From positions 1 to 54,790 of the forward strand of contig JAQVNC010000001.1 of assembly GCA_028703305.1 (NCBI GenBank): DNA of 54,790 bases, read 5' to 3'. The notes beneath the pieces were generated by a model, which was not told where the DNA came from, did no database searches, and saw only the letters and a list, made by a program, of their open reading frames with translations. Of the stretch, positions 36,523-45,353 are shown one piece after another; the first letter of the stretch is position 1, and every line of letters starts with the position of its first letter. Origin of the DNA: Patescibacteria group bacterium. Lineage in GTDB: Bacteria; Patescibacteriota; Patescibacteriia; Patescibacteriales; GWC2-42-12. The translations under genes and the position numbers were made by a program.

Positions 36523-37554
36523 ATGATAAAAGTTCTGCTGATTGATTCATCAAACCAAAAAAATTCATTGCTGGCCAATGCATTTAAAGAATTGGAACAA
36601 AAAAAATTTTCCTTTGATTTTCTATCTTCAAAAAATTCTTGGTTTAGCCAATTTAAATTTATATTTACGCTAATCAGCCTTAGGCTTAAGAAAAAAGTTG
36701 ATTTGGCGGTCTGCCTGGGCTTTAAGGAAAAAATTATTATTACTCCGCTGGCCCGCCTTTTAGGCTTAAGGGTTGTATGGCTTGAAGGCCCGGAACTGAA
36801 CTACCGGCAGTTTAATAAATTTTTATTAACGCTCTATAAATTAAATTTCCGCCTGGCTAAAATCGTTGTTTTTAACAGCTACGGCAAATTAAAATTAAAA
36901 AATATCGGCTGTAATGAAAATAAAATAAGCCTGATAGCTCCGGGCACAAAATTCATGGCTTATCAGGAAAATATTTTTAACAAATTGGCCAGCGCCGGCC
37001 GGGCGAATTTTCACCGCAAATATTTTACGGTCGGCGTTATCACCGCCTTAAACCAAAAACAAAAAATTGAAACTATTTTCCAGGCCATAAAAATCAGCCT
37101 GCCAGTCATACCGAATATCCAACTCATCATTATCGGCGAAGGCGAAGAAAGGAAAAACCTTAGCTGGCTGGCTAAAAAAATGGAAATTGATAATTTAATT
37201 TGGCTGGTCGGCGAACAAGGGCAATTAAAAAAATGGCTTGGTAGTTTTGATGTTTATTTAGCTTCAGGAGAAAATTTGTCGCTTGATGATTATGAAAATA
37301 TTTTAGAAGCCATGGCCGCCGGCCTGCCGGTTTTGGCGCAGAGAAATATCGGCCTGGAAGACTTAGTCATAGAAAATAATACCGGCTCATTAATTGAAGC
37401 TGATAATAGTGAAATGCTGGCGCGGCAAATCATTAAACTGCATCAAGACAGGCGCCTGCGCCTCTATTTGGGCAAAAACGGCCATGAGCGCGTCAGCCGG
37501 GCGTTCACTATGGAAATAATGGTTCAAAAATTAGCTGAAATATTAAAAAATTAA
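36523..37554 (+). CDS. GT-B fold (family 4-like) glycosyltransferase
   Basis: Start set to ATG 36523; C-terminal EGEERKNL ... LEAMAAGLPVLA motif region. Confidence 0.7.
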   Translation: MIKVLLIDSSNQKNSLLANAFKELEQKKFSFDFLSSKNSWFSQFKFIFTLISLRLKKKVDLAVCLGFKEKIIITPLARLLGLRVVWLEGPELNYRQFNKFLLTLYKLNFRLAKIVVFNSYGKLKLKNIGCNENKISLIAPGTKFMAYQENIFNKLASAGRANFHRKYFTVGVITALNQKQKIETIFQAIKISLPVIPNIQLIIIGEGEERKNLSWLAKKMEIDNLIWLVGEQGQLKKWLGSFDVYLASGENLSLDDYENILEAMAAGLPVLAQRNIGLEDLVIENNTGSLIEADNSEMLARQIIKLHQDRRLRLYLGKNGHERVSRAFTMEIMVQKLAEILKN

Positions 37555-37565
37555 CACATCATCAT

Positions 37566-38516
37566 ATGACCATAAAAATAACCGAAGAAAATTCCGGCCG
37601 GCGGCTGGACAAATTTTTAACCGATTCCGGCCTCTTAAAAATTTCGCGAAGCCAAATTCAAAAACTGATTAAACAAGGCTTAATTACGATAAATAAGGTG
37701 CTTGTTTCATCGCATTATCCGCTTAAACCTGGCGATGCCATCAATATCGCCAAAAATCTTGCCTCGGATAAAAAATCAATTGATAAAAAAAAGTTCGCGG
37801 CCGCGCCGAACCATAAAATAAAAATTATTTATGAAACCGATGAATTTTTAATCATTAATAAGCCGGCCGGATTGGCTGTACATGGGCAGACTAATTATAC
37901 TTTGGCCGATTGGCTCTTAGAAAAATATCCTAACATTAAAAAGATAGGCGACGATCCGGAACGGCCGGGCATCGTGCACCGCCTTGATAAAGATGTCAGC
38001 GGCCTTATGGTTATAGCTAAAACCCAAGCTACTTTTAATAATCTGAAAAGGCAATTTCAAGACCGGACAATTAAAAAAGAATATACCGCCTTGGTTTATG
38101 GAAAAATTATGAAAGACAGCGCCATTATAAATTTCCCGATTAAACGCGCGCGCGAAGGCTATAAAATGGCGGCTATGCCGGCGACAATAAAAGGCGAGCC
38201 GGCCGAGGCCGGGCGAACGGCGGAAACCGAATTTAAAGTTATAAAAAGGCTGATAAATTACACTTTATTAAAAATAAAAATTAAAACCGGACGAACCCAT
38301 CAAATCAGAGTGCACCTTAATGCCTACGACCACCCGATCATGGGCGATAATATCTACAGTACGGCTAAAACCAGAATTCAAAATAAAAAACTAAATCTAG
38401 GCCGGATTTTTTTAATCGCCGACCGGCTGTCATTTATTGACTTGACCGGCGTTAAACAAGATTATAAGATAGGCTTAACCGATGAATTAAAAAATATTCT
38501 AAAAATAGTCAAATAA
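37566..38516 (+). CDS. rluD: RluA-family pseudouridine synthase (RluD-like) with S4 domain
   Basis: N-terminal S4-like RLDKFL...; catalytic HRLDKDVSGL; GRTHQIRVH. Confidence 0.85.
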   Translation: MTIKITEENSGRRLDKFLTDSGLLKISRSQIQKLIKQGLITINKVLVSSHYPLKPGDAINIAKNLASDKKSIDKKKFAAAPNHKIKIIYETDEFLIINKPAGLAVHGQTNYTLADWLLEKYPNIKKIGDDPERPGIVHRLDKDVSGLMVIAKTQATFNNLKRQFQDRTIKKEYTALVYGKIMKDSAIINFPIKRAREGYKMAAMPATIKGEPAEAGRTAETEFKVIKRLINYTLLKIKIKTGRTHQIRVHLNAYDHPIMGDNIYSTAKTRIQNKKLNLGRIFLIADRLSFIDLTGVKQDYKIGLTDELKNILKIVK

Positions 38517-38517
38517 T

Positions 38518-39099
38518 ATGAAAAGTAACATATTCATAATTTCTGGGCCGTCCGGCGCCGGCGAAGACAGCATAATTGACGGCTTAAAAAAAACCATGCC
38601 AATCGAACGGATTGTTACCACAACTACGAGAAAAATGCGCCCGAGAGAAAAATCTGGCCGGGAATACTATTTTATAAGCCACGATGAATTCAACAAATTA
38701 ATCAAAGAAAAAAAACTTTTTGAATATGCCAAAGAATATAATGATAACTATTACGGGGTCACTTATGATGAGATCGGCCGAGTAAAAAATAGCGGCAAAA
38801 TCGGCATCTGGAAAATAGAATACAAGGGCGTTATTACGGCAAAAAAAATAATCCCCGGAATTATCGCCATTTTTATAAATGCGCCGTTAGAAATATTAGA
38901 AAAAAGAATCAGGGGAAGAGGCAATGTAACCGAAGAGTTCATAAAAAACAGGCTTGAATACACTAAAGAATGGCTGAAACATCTTGATATTTATGATTAT
39001 TTGGTTGAAAATGAAGAGGGTAGATTAAACCAAACTATTAGTCGGGTGTCTGAAATTATTAAAAAAAACGCCAAACTGGCCATTGACAAAACCAGTTAA
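38518..39099 (+). CDS. gmk: guanylate kinase
   Basis: ISGPSGAGED P-loop variant; TTTRKMRPREKSGREYYF. Confidence 0.85.
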   Translation: MKSNIFIISGPSGAGEDSIIDGLKKTMPIERIVTTTTRKMRPREKSGREYYFISHDEFNKLIKEKKLFEYAKEYNDNYYGVTYDEIGRVKNSGKIGIWKIEYKGVITAKKIIPGIIAIFINAPLEILEKRIRGRGNVTEEFIKNRLEYTKEWLKHLDIYDYLVENEEGRLNQTISRVSEIIKKNAKLAIDKTS

Positions 39100-39181
39100 T
39101 TATTATAATATAGTGAAATCATTAAATATTAAGCATATTTAAAATAGAACATTAAGGGTTCTATTTTTAAATATAAAAAAT

Positions 39182-39538
39182 ATGGCCAAGGCAAAAGCAA
39201 AAGAAATAACCATGACGAAAATCAACCCGGAAGATTTAAAGCCCGGCATGACCGTCAGGGTCTACCAAAAAATTAAAGAGCTTAATTCCAAAGGTGAGGA
39301 AAAAGAAAGAGTGCAGTACTATGAAGGCATCATTATCGCTAAAAAGCACGGCCAAGAAGCCGGCGGCACCATTACGGTTAGAAAAGTATCCGACGGCATT
39401 GGTGTGGAAAAAATCTTCCCATTAAAGCTGCCTACAATCACTAAAATTGAAATTAAAAAGCAAGCTAAAGTTAAGCGCGCTAAACTCTATTTTTTGCGCA
39501 ATTACAATAAAAAGCTAAAGGAAGTTTCCATTGCCTAA
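39182..39538 (+). CDS. rplS: 50S ribosomal protein L19
   Basis: 118 aa; L19 pattern (RVQYYEGIIIAKKHGQEAGGTITVRK). Confidence 0.9.
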   Translation: MAKAKAKEITMTKINPEDLKPGMTVRVYQKIKELNSKGEEKERVQYYEGIIIAKKHGQEAGGTITVRKVSDGIGVEKIFPLKLPTITKIEIKKQAKVKRAKLYFLRNYNKKLKEVSIA

Positions 39539-39546
39539 AGGAACCG

Positions 39547-39630
39547 GCCGAGGTGGCGGAACTGGTATACGCGCCAGCTTGAGGTGCTGGTGGGGGCAAC
39601 CCCTTGCAGGTTCAAATCCTGTCTTCGGCA
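39547..39630 (+). tRNA. tRNA-Leu (GAG)
   Basis: Anticodon loop TTGAGGT; long variable arm TGGGGGCAACCCCTT; T-arm CAGGTTCAAATCCTG. Confidence 0.85.
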
Positions 39631-39638
39631 CTAGGCGC

Positions 39639-39712
39639 GGACGATTAGCTCAGATGGTTAGAGCGCCTCGTTTACACCGAGGAGGCCGTGGGTTCAATTC
39701 CTACATCGTCCA
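39639..39712 (+). tRNA. tRNA-Val (TAC)
   Basis: Acceptor GGACGAT/ATCGTCC; anticodon loop TTTACAC. Confidence 0.85.
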
Positions 39713-39808
39713 CATAATAATTACAAGTAACATCGCAGGGGTTGTCGCTGTTTTGAATATTCGGCTCCGAGGTAAGCACCGAGGAGCTTCGAGTCCTGCA
39801 CTGTCCAC

Positions 39809-40225
39809 ATGAAATTCTTCTCTACTTCAGAAAAACAAACTTCTAACTTCGCTAAAAAATTTTCTAAAAAATTAACCGGCGGGCAAATCATTGGTCTGAC
39901 CGGTAATCTGGGTGCCGGTAAAACCGTTTTTACCAAAGGCTTGACCCTGGGCTTAGGCATTAAAAAAAATATTGCCAGCCCGACCTTTGTGCTGATGAAG
40001 GTCTACCCGGTTAATAAACATCAAATTAAATTTCTAGTTCACATTGACGCCTACCGGATTAAATCAACAGATGATTTAATCGCTATCGGCGCGGAAGAAT
40101 ATTTTAATCGTTCTGATTCGTTGGTTGTTATAGAATGGGCCGATAAAATAAAAACCATCTTGCCCAAGAAGGCAAAATTTGTTAATATTACAATAGATAA
40201 AGCCTCAAGAATTATTAATTATTAA
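39809..40225 (+). CDS. tsaE: tRNA t6A37 biosynthesis ATPase TsaE
   Basis: 138 aa; GNLGAGKT P-loop; HIDAYR and VIEWAD motifs. Confidence 0.85.
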   Translation: MKFFSTSEKQTSNFAKKFSKKLTGGQIIGLTGNLGAGKTVFTKGLTLGLGIKKNIASPTFVLMKVYPVNKHQIKFLVHIDAYRIKSTDDLIAIGAEEYFNRSDSLVVIEWADKIKTILPKKAKFVNITIDKASRIINY

Positions 40226-40234
40226 TTTAAATGT

Positions 40235-40534
40235 ATGGCTCCAATTAGAAATGTATTTAAGGCAATGGAATATGTTGAGGACCAAGCCACGCCTGAAGAT
40301 AATGCCGATTTTGAAGAACGTATAAATAGAGCGTACGAACACCCAAACACAATGGAATTTACCAGGGCCGTAGACAAGGCTAATGAACTGCTTTCCGCAG
40401 GACTTACTGTTGGTAAAATAATAAGTAGGGGTGAAATAGCGGCTAAAAAATTATGCGGAGATTTAGAGCCTGATGTTGTGGCCGGAATTATGAAAAAAAT
40501 ACAAGAAATAAAAAAAATAAAAACAATGGAATAA
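40235..40534 (+). CDS. hypothetical protein
   Basis: 99-aa ORF; AGA/GGA codon flavour unlike its neighbours. Confidence 0.45.
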   Translation: MAPIRNVFKAMEYVEDQATPEDNADFEERINRAYEHPNTMEFTRAVDKANELLSAGLTVGKIISRGEIAAKKLCGDLEPDVVAGIMKKIQEIKKIKTME

Positions 40535-40564
40535 ATTTAGGCCAAAATCTACCAAACAAACCGC

Positions 40565-41020
40565 TTAAGCGGTTTGTTTTTTATTAATATTTAGCAACAA
40601 CAGAATTACGCCAACCGTTATCGCGACATCAGCCAAGTTAAACACCGTAAAATACTTTAAATCCAAATAATCAATCACATAGCCATATCGCAGCCTGTCA
40701 AACAGATTGCTGGATGCTCCTAAAATTACGGCCAATAAACCGCTCGCCTGCGCCCTTTCTCCATAACGCCATTTCTTAACCATAAAAAATATTAAGCAGG
40801 CGATAATTAACGCGATAGTTAGATTCAACCAATAGCCGTAAAAGGGCAGAGAAAAAGCGATATAATAGTTGGCTTTATAACTAAATTTTAAAATCTCGCC
40901 CAACAAATTAACTTCGTTAACTTGGTTCGTAAAGGCAAAAACTTTTAAAAACCGATCCAGGCCAATAAAAAAAATGGCAGCCGAATAAATTGCTGTCATT
41001 TTTTTTATATATAAAGACAT
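40565..41020 (-). CDS. lspA: lipoprotein signal peptidase II
   Basis: NLFDRLRYGYVIDYLD and FNLADVAI motifs; start set to ATG 41020 to avoid overlap with the upstream gene (40999 also possible). Confidence 0.8.
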   Translation of the reverse strand: MSLYIKKMTAIYSAAIFFIGLDRFLKVFAFTNQVNEVNLLGEILKFSYKANYYIAFSLPFYGYWLNLTIALIIACLIFFMVKKWRYGERAQASGLLAVILGASSNLFDRLRYGYVIDYLDLKYFTVFNLADVAITVGVILLLLNINKKQTA

Positions 41021-41024
41021 ATTG

Positions 41025-41396
41025 TTAAGCCATCTTTTGCAGCTTGGTTTTGCAGGCAATGCAAGTATTGGCTACCGGCCTGGCCATCAGCCTTTTTTCG
41101 CCGATTTCCTTTTTGCAATATTTGCAAATGCCATAAGTTCCTTTGGTAATGCGCGCCAAAGCATTATCAATATCGCGCAAAGCGCTCTCCAAGACTTTTT
41201 CCGTGGCCAGATTAGTGGTATACTCATCAATCTCCTGCACACTCTCGTCGCTTTTGTCGCCATAGTCGGGAAATTTAGTGTGGTGCTCGTCTTTGGTATG
41301 TTCGTCTTTTTTAGTAAAACTTTTTAGATCTTCGCTTAATTGCTTTTTACTGGCCAATAGATCTTTTTTAATTTTTTCTATGACTTTTTTATCCAT
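41025..41396 (-). CDS. DksA/TraR-family C4 zinc-finger protein
   Basis: CKYCKKEIGEKRLMARPVANTCIACK four-Cys finger at the C-terminus. Confidence 0.8.
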   Translation of the reverse strand: MDKKVIEKIKKDLLASKKQLSEDLKSFTKKDEHTKDEHHTKFPDYGDKSDESVQEIDEYTTNLATEKVLESALRDIDNALARITKGTYGICKYCKKEIGEKRLMARPVANTCIACKTKLQKMA

Positions 41397-41535
41397 ATTG
41401 TTATTATTATCGTAAAGCTAAAACTCAATAATCAGCTTTAAACTAAAATTTATTCCCATACAGGAATAAATTTCATTTATACTATAATAATACGCCATAA
41501 AAGGCTTTTTTGCAAGCCTTAATTCCCTTTGTATT

Positions 41536-41565
41536 AAAAAAGGGCCCAGAACGGGCCCCTTTTTT
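41536..41565. terminator. bidirectional terminator-like hairpin
   Basis: A6-GGGCCC-AGAAC-GGGCCCC-T6. Confidence 0.6.
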
Positions 41566-41864
41566 ATATAAAATTATTATATAGGCCGTAACTGAGCCCC
41601 ATCCCTAAAGACTTATTCCTTGTCCATCCAGTGGATAGATAAGAAAATCCCTAATCTTCAAGGTTTGAAGCTTTAATCGTTCACTTTAAAAAAGCAAATT
41701 TTTGCTGGCTTTTGGTAAATCTCCATTATATTTTTTTATTTATGAAAATCTACCTTTATTTTGTTTTTGTTTATAATGCCATGTGAACTCTGGCAAAATA
41801 AGCTAGCAAAAAAGAAAAATTCCCCCAAAACTTATTTTCGGAAAACTTTTCTACAGATATTATC

Positions 41865-42080
41865 AATGTTCTAATATAAATATACCACTAAAAAGAAAAT
41901 AAGTCAATGATCTAGCTATAACAACATAATGTTCTAATTTTAGCCAATTTTAATTTTTAATTTATACAAATCTAGACTTAAGTCTACATTCTTGTAGACT
42001 TAAGTCTAGTATTTATCCACACACCCCACTCGTTATCCACAATTTAATAATAACTTAAGTCCACATTTCTGTGGACTTAA
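41865..42080. other. DnaA-box / palindrome / iteron-like cluster
   Basis: AATGTTCTAAT at 41865 and 41928; CTAGACTTAAGTCTACA-TTCT-TGTAGACTTAAGTCTAG (41972-42009); TTATCCACA at 42013 and 42033; TTAAGTCCACA-TTTC-TGTGGACTTAA (42055-42080). Confidence 0.7.
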
Positions 42081-42087
42081 ATAAATG

Positions 42088-42160
42088 AGGTCTGGGAGGG
42101 AATCGAACCCTCGATAAGAGTTTTGTCTCGCTGCGCGAGATCTGGCGTAGCCAGACAGAC
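42088..42160 (-). pseudogene. tRNA-like element sharing the 3' half of tRNA-Cys
   Basis: T-arm and acceptor 3' strand are near-identical to tRNA-Cys, but there is no 7-nt anticodon loop; the 5' part folds as TCTGGC-TAC-GCCAGA and TCTCGC-GCA-GCGAGA. Confidence 0.6.
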
Positions 42161-42183
42161 TTAACTTATTCTCTAATAAAATG

Positions 42184-42254
42184 AGGTCATGGAGGGAATC
42201 GAACCCTCGATAACAGTTTTGCAGACTGTCGCCTTACCACTTGGCTACATGACC
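42184..42254 (-). tRNA. tRNA-Cys (GCA)
   Basis: Acceptor GGTCATG/CATGACC; anticodon loop CTGCAAA; T-arm GAGGGTTCGATTCCCTC. Confidence 0.9.
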
Positions 42255-42493
42255 TTATACTTTCTTTTAATTATCTCTTTTTGTTGATGTGATTTTAAAA
42301 ATCTTTCTTGCTTTACAGCTTCGCCTCTAGTATTAAACTGCTTAGATTCCAACAAATCCCATGGTTTATAGCCCTTAGTAGATTTAACCTTACCAGTATT
42401 ATGTCGATTTAATCTTATCAAAACATTTTCACAGCTGCCAATATAAATATCATTATTTTTTTGACTTTTTAAAATATATGTAAAATAAGGCAT
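42245..42493 (-). CDS. small GIY-YIG nuclease-family protein
   Basis: 82 aa: MPYFTYILKSQKNNDIYIGSCENVLIRLNRHN; the last two codons and the TAG stop lie in the first 10 nt of tRNA-Cys. Confidence 0.8.
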   Translation of the reverse strand: MPYFTYILKSQKNNDIYIGSCENVLIRLNRHNTGKVKSTKGYKPWDLLESKQFNTRGEAVKQERFLKSHQQKEIIKRKYKVM

Positions 42494-42601
42494 AAAAAAA
42501 CAAAATACTATTTAAATATACCAAATATAATGCCTTAAAACAAGTATAATAAAACACCCTTTTTGGGGTGCGCTTAATAAAAATCTGTTATGGACAATAT
42601 T

Positions 42602-43162
42602 TTATTCTAAAACCTCTATTTTAGCCGTTTTTACGCCAAATTTAATTGCGTCAGGCCTTTCCAGCATCCAAACATCAACCCGATTAGAAAATCGCTTATT
42701 CATTCTGTCTCTAACAACAAATACTCTGTCGCCGAATAACCCCGGTATTTTAACTTTAGAGCCAAAAGGCAAAAAATTGGCCGCGATTGTATCTTCCACC
42801 CCATTTTCGCAAACATTAAAGCCATTAGCGGTAATACATGGGGAATTATCAGTTTGACCAGCCTCTGAATTATAAGCGGTGATAAGCACATGCTTGGAAA
42901 AATCCACATCAGCGCCTTCGCTTTCCGGTAATTTACCATTAAATTCCATAATATTAGCAACCACATCTTGGTTAACTTCATCTTGGCTGGAAATGATGCC
43001 TTGATCTTGGCTAAAATCAGTATTTTCTTCCATTTGGCTAGCCATTACCGGCGCTGGAAACAATAAAAACTCAAAAAAGAAAATAAATACCAAAAAAATT
43101 ACCACTTTTTTGGCTTGTTTTAGCGTAATTATTTTATTATGGTTCTTTTTTAACGCATCCAT
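42602..43162 (-). CDS. 3D (RlpA/MltA-like) domain protein, membrane-anchored
   Basis: 186 aa; TM anchor; C-terminal ITAYNSEAGQTDNSPCITANG ... VRDRMNKRFSNRVDVWM. Confidence 0.7.
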   Translation of the reverse strand: MDALKKNHNKIITLKQAKKVVIFLVFIFFFEFLLFPAPVMASQMEENTDFSQDQGIISSQDEVNQDVVANIMEFNGKLPESEGADVDFSKHVLITAYNSEAGQTDNSPCITANGFNVCENGVEDTIAANFLPFGSKVKIPGLFGDRVFVVRDRMNKRFSNRVDVWMLERPDAIKFGVKTAKIEVLE

Positions 43163-43407
43163 GTAAATTTTTTAGCTAATTTTATATACAAAAATCCCTA
43201 TCCTTTCCTCCGAGGAAAATTTAGATAGGGATTTTCTTGTCTTGTACTATAATGGTATCACAGATAACATCTTAAGTCAACCTAATTAACGCCAATCAAA
43301 CCTTGACTTTTAATAAATTTACTGGCATGATAAAATATTCTGAATGGACCTTAAAAAACTAAATTAAACAATAAACTTTAAACTTTAGAGAGAAAGAGGA
43401 GGATAAT

Positions 43408-43602
43408 ATGATAGACAGATATATCGGAATCGCTGTTGTGGCTGTATTAACTGGAGTGGTGTGTTATTTAATCGCTAAAAAAAGCGGCAGGAACGCTACA
43501 TTATGGTTTATGGCCGGAATTGTCTTTAATTTCCTTGCCATCGGCTTACTTCTACTGCTTAAAAACTTTAAACTGACAAAAAAAGCGCGAGGTGACTTAT
43601 GA
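43408..43602 (+). CDS. small two-TM membrane protein
   Basis: 64 aa; SD AGGAGG at 43397-43402; stop overlaps the next start (ATGA at 43599-43602). Confidence 0.6.
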   Translation: MIDRYIGIAVVAVLTGVVCYLIAKKSGRNATLWFMAGIVFNFLAIGLLLLLKNFKLTKKARGDL

Positions 43603-45278
43603 AGCTCAAATTATTGGTGAAAGGGTTGGTAATTCTGTTGGCCTGTGCTGCCTTATCTGTGTTACTTTGGGTATTTTCCCAACTACTCGGAATTTACTGG
43701 GTTTACGGGGTATTTCTCGGCGTGGCTATCTCGGCTTTTGGTCTGGACATTGTTTTTTCCAGAATGATAGCGGCCTTGCTTACCATCTTAACTTTGCTGA
43801 GCCTACCTTGGATTATTTCCTTTTTGTTATTAGGGAAAAGGAAGGCTTTGGTGCTGACCGTAGGCGTGATGTTGATTATTGGTGGAACCTTCGCCGTCTA
43901 CTACGGTTCTGCTGATGTATTCTTTGACCGCGAAACCGGTAAATCAGTTAAGTACTACATTAAAACCATGGACGGTTTTAGATTTTCCAACTCAGCTGAT
44001 TATGACCCAAGATTTGGCATAAAATACAAGGCCATCACGCCCGAGGTGGTCAAAGAATTCTACTTCTGGGAGAAAACCGGCAAAATGCAAAATATGCCGA
44101 ACGTAACCAGAGGAAAATATTTTGATCAAGTCACGGGCGAACCGATTGTCTGGTACGCGGAGAGACCAGATGGAACGCGGGAATTATTTCCTTTACCCGG
44201 CCACGATCCTTTAACCGGCAAAAACTTAAAATCTATGACCGCCGAAATAGCGGAAGCTATGGTCAAGGCCGAAAAAGAGCAAGAAGCAAAACGGGAAGAA
44301 GAAAAAAAAGCACAAATAGAGGCGCAACTTAAAGAAAAGGAAAGAGAACAGGCTCTGTCGGAAAAACAGAAAATTGAAGAAGAAAAAAAGTTAAGAAAAG
44401 AAAAAATACGAGAAGAAAAAGTATTGAGGGAAGAGCAAAAACCAAAAGAAAATCCTGCAGAAGCTCAAAGGAAAGAACAAAAACACTTGGCAGAAATTAA
44501 AGCCTTGAAGCAAAAAATTGAGGAAAAAGAAGCCGAGGCCAATGCCCTAAAAGTAGAAAAATTAAGAAGAGAACAAAAAAACAGAGACGCAGAGGCCAAA
44601 GCACACTCTCTACCAAAAAGGCAGATAATCAAATTTGATATGGACAGCTACTCTAAAGCGAACTTTTTTAGTGAACCGCTTTATGTCCATATTACTGTCT
44701 CTATGGGCACATCTGCAAAAAATTCACGGAAGACAAAACAAACAAACTATGGGCCAGTAGGAGGGTCCACTAATAGCGGCGGAGGATATAATGAGACCTT
44801 AAAAAATAGCAACTTTCGAACCGTCTTGACTTTTTATGTGAGAAAACTTTACACAGTTTCTAACCTTACTATAGCTGTTATAGGGGCCGAAAACTATGCA
44901 GGCTTATCTCAAACAATCAAATTTCATTCAGTCAAACTGGCGGATGAGTTAGGACGAGAGCATGAAGCCGTTTGTATATATAACATATCAACCGGCGAAT
45001 ACAACGATAATACACTGTCTTTTGGTATGGGGGAGGAAAAAATGATTGCTTTGATATTCCCTCAATCCAAACTAAGAAAATTGTTTTTCAAAATTAACTG
45101 GTGCGACAATTCTATCTTGAACTGCCAGGATGTTTACGGAACGTCGATGCCAGCCTTAACGCCAGGATCTTTCTATTCACCCCAGGAGTTGACACCTGCT
45201 GAATCTAGACCTTCTTTCCTGATTAGGAAGTCGACCATACCAGGAGTCCATAAATCACCGGTTATTAACCTTCCATAA
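43599..45278 (+). CDS. hypothetical membrane protein: 4-5 TM helices, soluble domain, K/E coiled coil, C-terminal domain
   Basis: 559 aa; motifs FFDRETGKSVKYY and YFDQVTGEPIVWY; K/E-rich stretch of about 110 aa. Confidence 0.65.
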   Translation: MKLKLLVKGLVILLACAALSVLLWVFSQLLGIYWVYGVFLGVAISAFGLDIVFSRMIAALLTILTLLSLPWIISFLLLGKRKALVLTVGVMLIIGGTFAVYYGSADVFFDRETGKSVKYYIKTMDGFRFSNSADYDPRFGIKYKAITPEVVKEFYFWEKTGKMQNMPNVTRGKYFDQVTGEPIVWYAERPDGTRELFPLPGHDPLTGKNLKSMTAEIAEAMVKAEKEQEAKREEEKKAQIEAQLKEKEREQALSEKQKIEEEKKLRKEKIREEKVLREEQKPKENPAEAQRKEQKHLAEIKALKQKIEEKEAEANALKVEKLRREQKNRDAEAKAHSLPKRQIIKFDMDSYSKANFFSEPLYVHITVSMGTSAKNSRKTKQTNYGPVGGSTNSGGGYNETLKNSNFRTVLTFYVRKLYTVSNLTIAVIGAENYAGLSQTIKFHSVKLADELGREHEAVCIYNISTGEYNDNTLSFGMGEEKMIALIFPQSKLRKLFFKINWCDNSILNCQDVYGTSMPALTPGSFYSPQELTPAESRPSFLIRKSTIPGVHKSPVINLP

Positions 45279-45353
45279 AAAAACAATTACATTTTCTGAC
45301 TATTAATCAACTTCGTTTTGTGAAGAAACCATCGTTCCTTAGATTAAATTGCG

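Noticed and set aside
39531-39960. ORFs 39531-39812 (+) and 39721-39960 (-)
   Set aside because: The first reads through tRNA-Leu and tRNA-Val. The second is antisense to tsaE.
41022-41327. 101-aa plus-strand ORF
   Set aside because: It is antisense to the DksA/TraR zinc-finger gene.
42088-42160. A second functional tRNA next to tRNA-Cys
   Set aside because: It has no 7-nt anticodon loop, no proper D-arm and only a 5-bp pseudo-acceptor. It is kept as a tRNA-like pseudogene or element.
44270-44600. Repetitive K/E-coding stretch as a possible CRISPR or tandem array
   Set aside because: It is in frame within the 559-aa ORF and is low-complexity coiled-coil coding sequence with no repeat-spacer periodicity. 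No CRISPR array was seen anywhere in the window.
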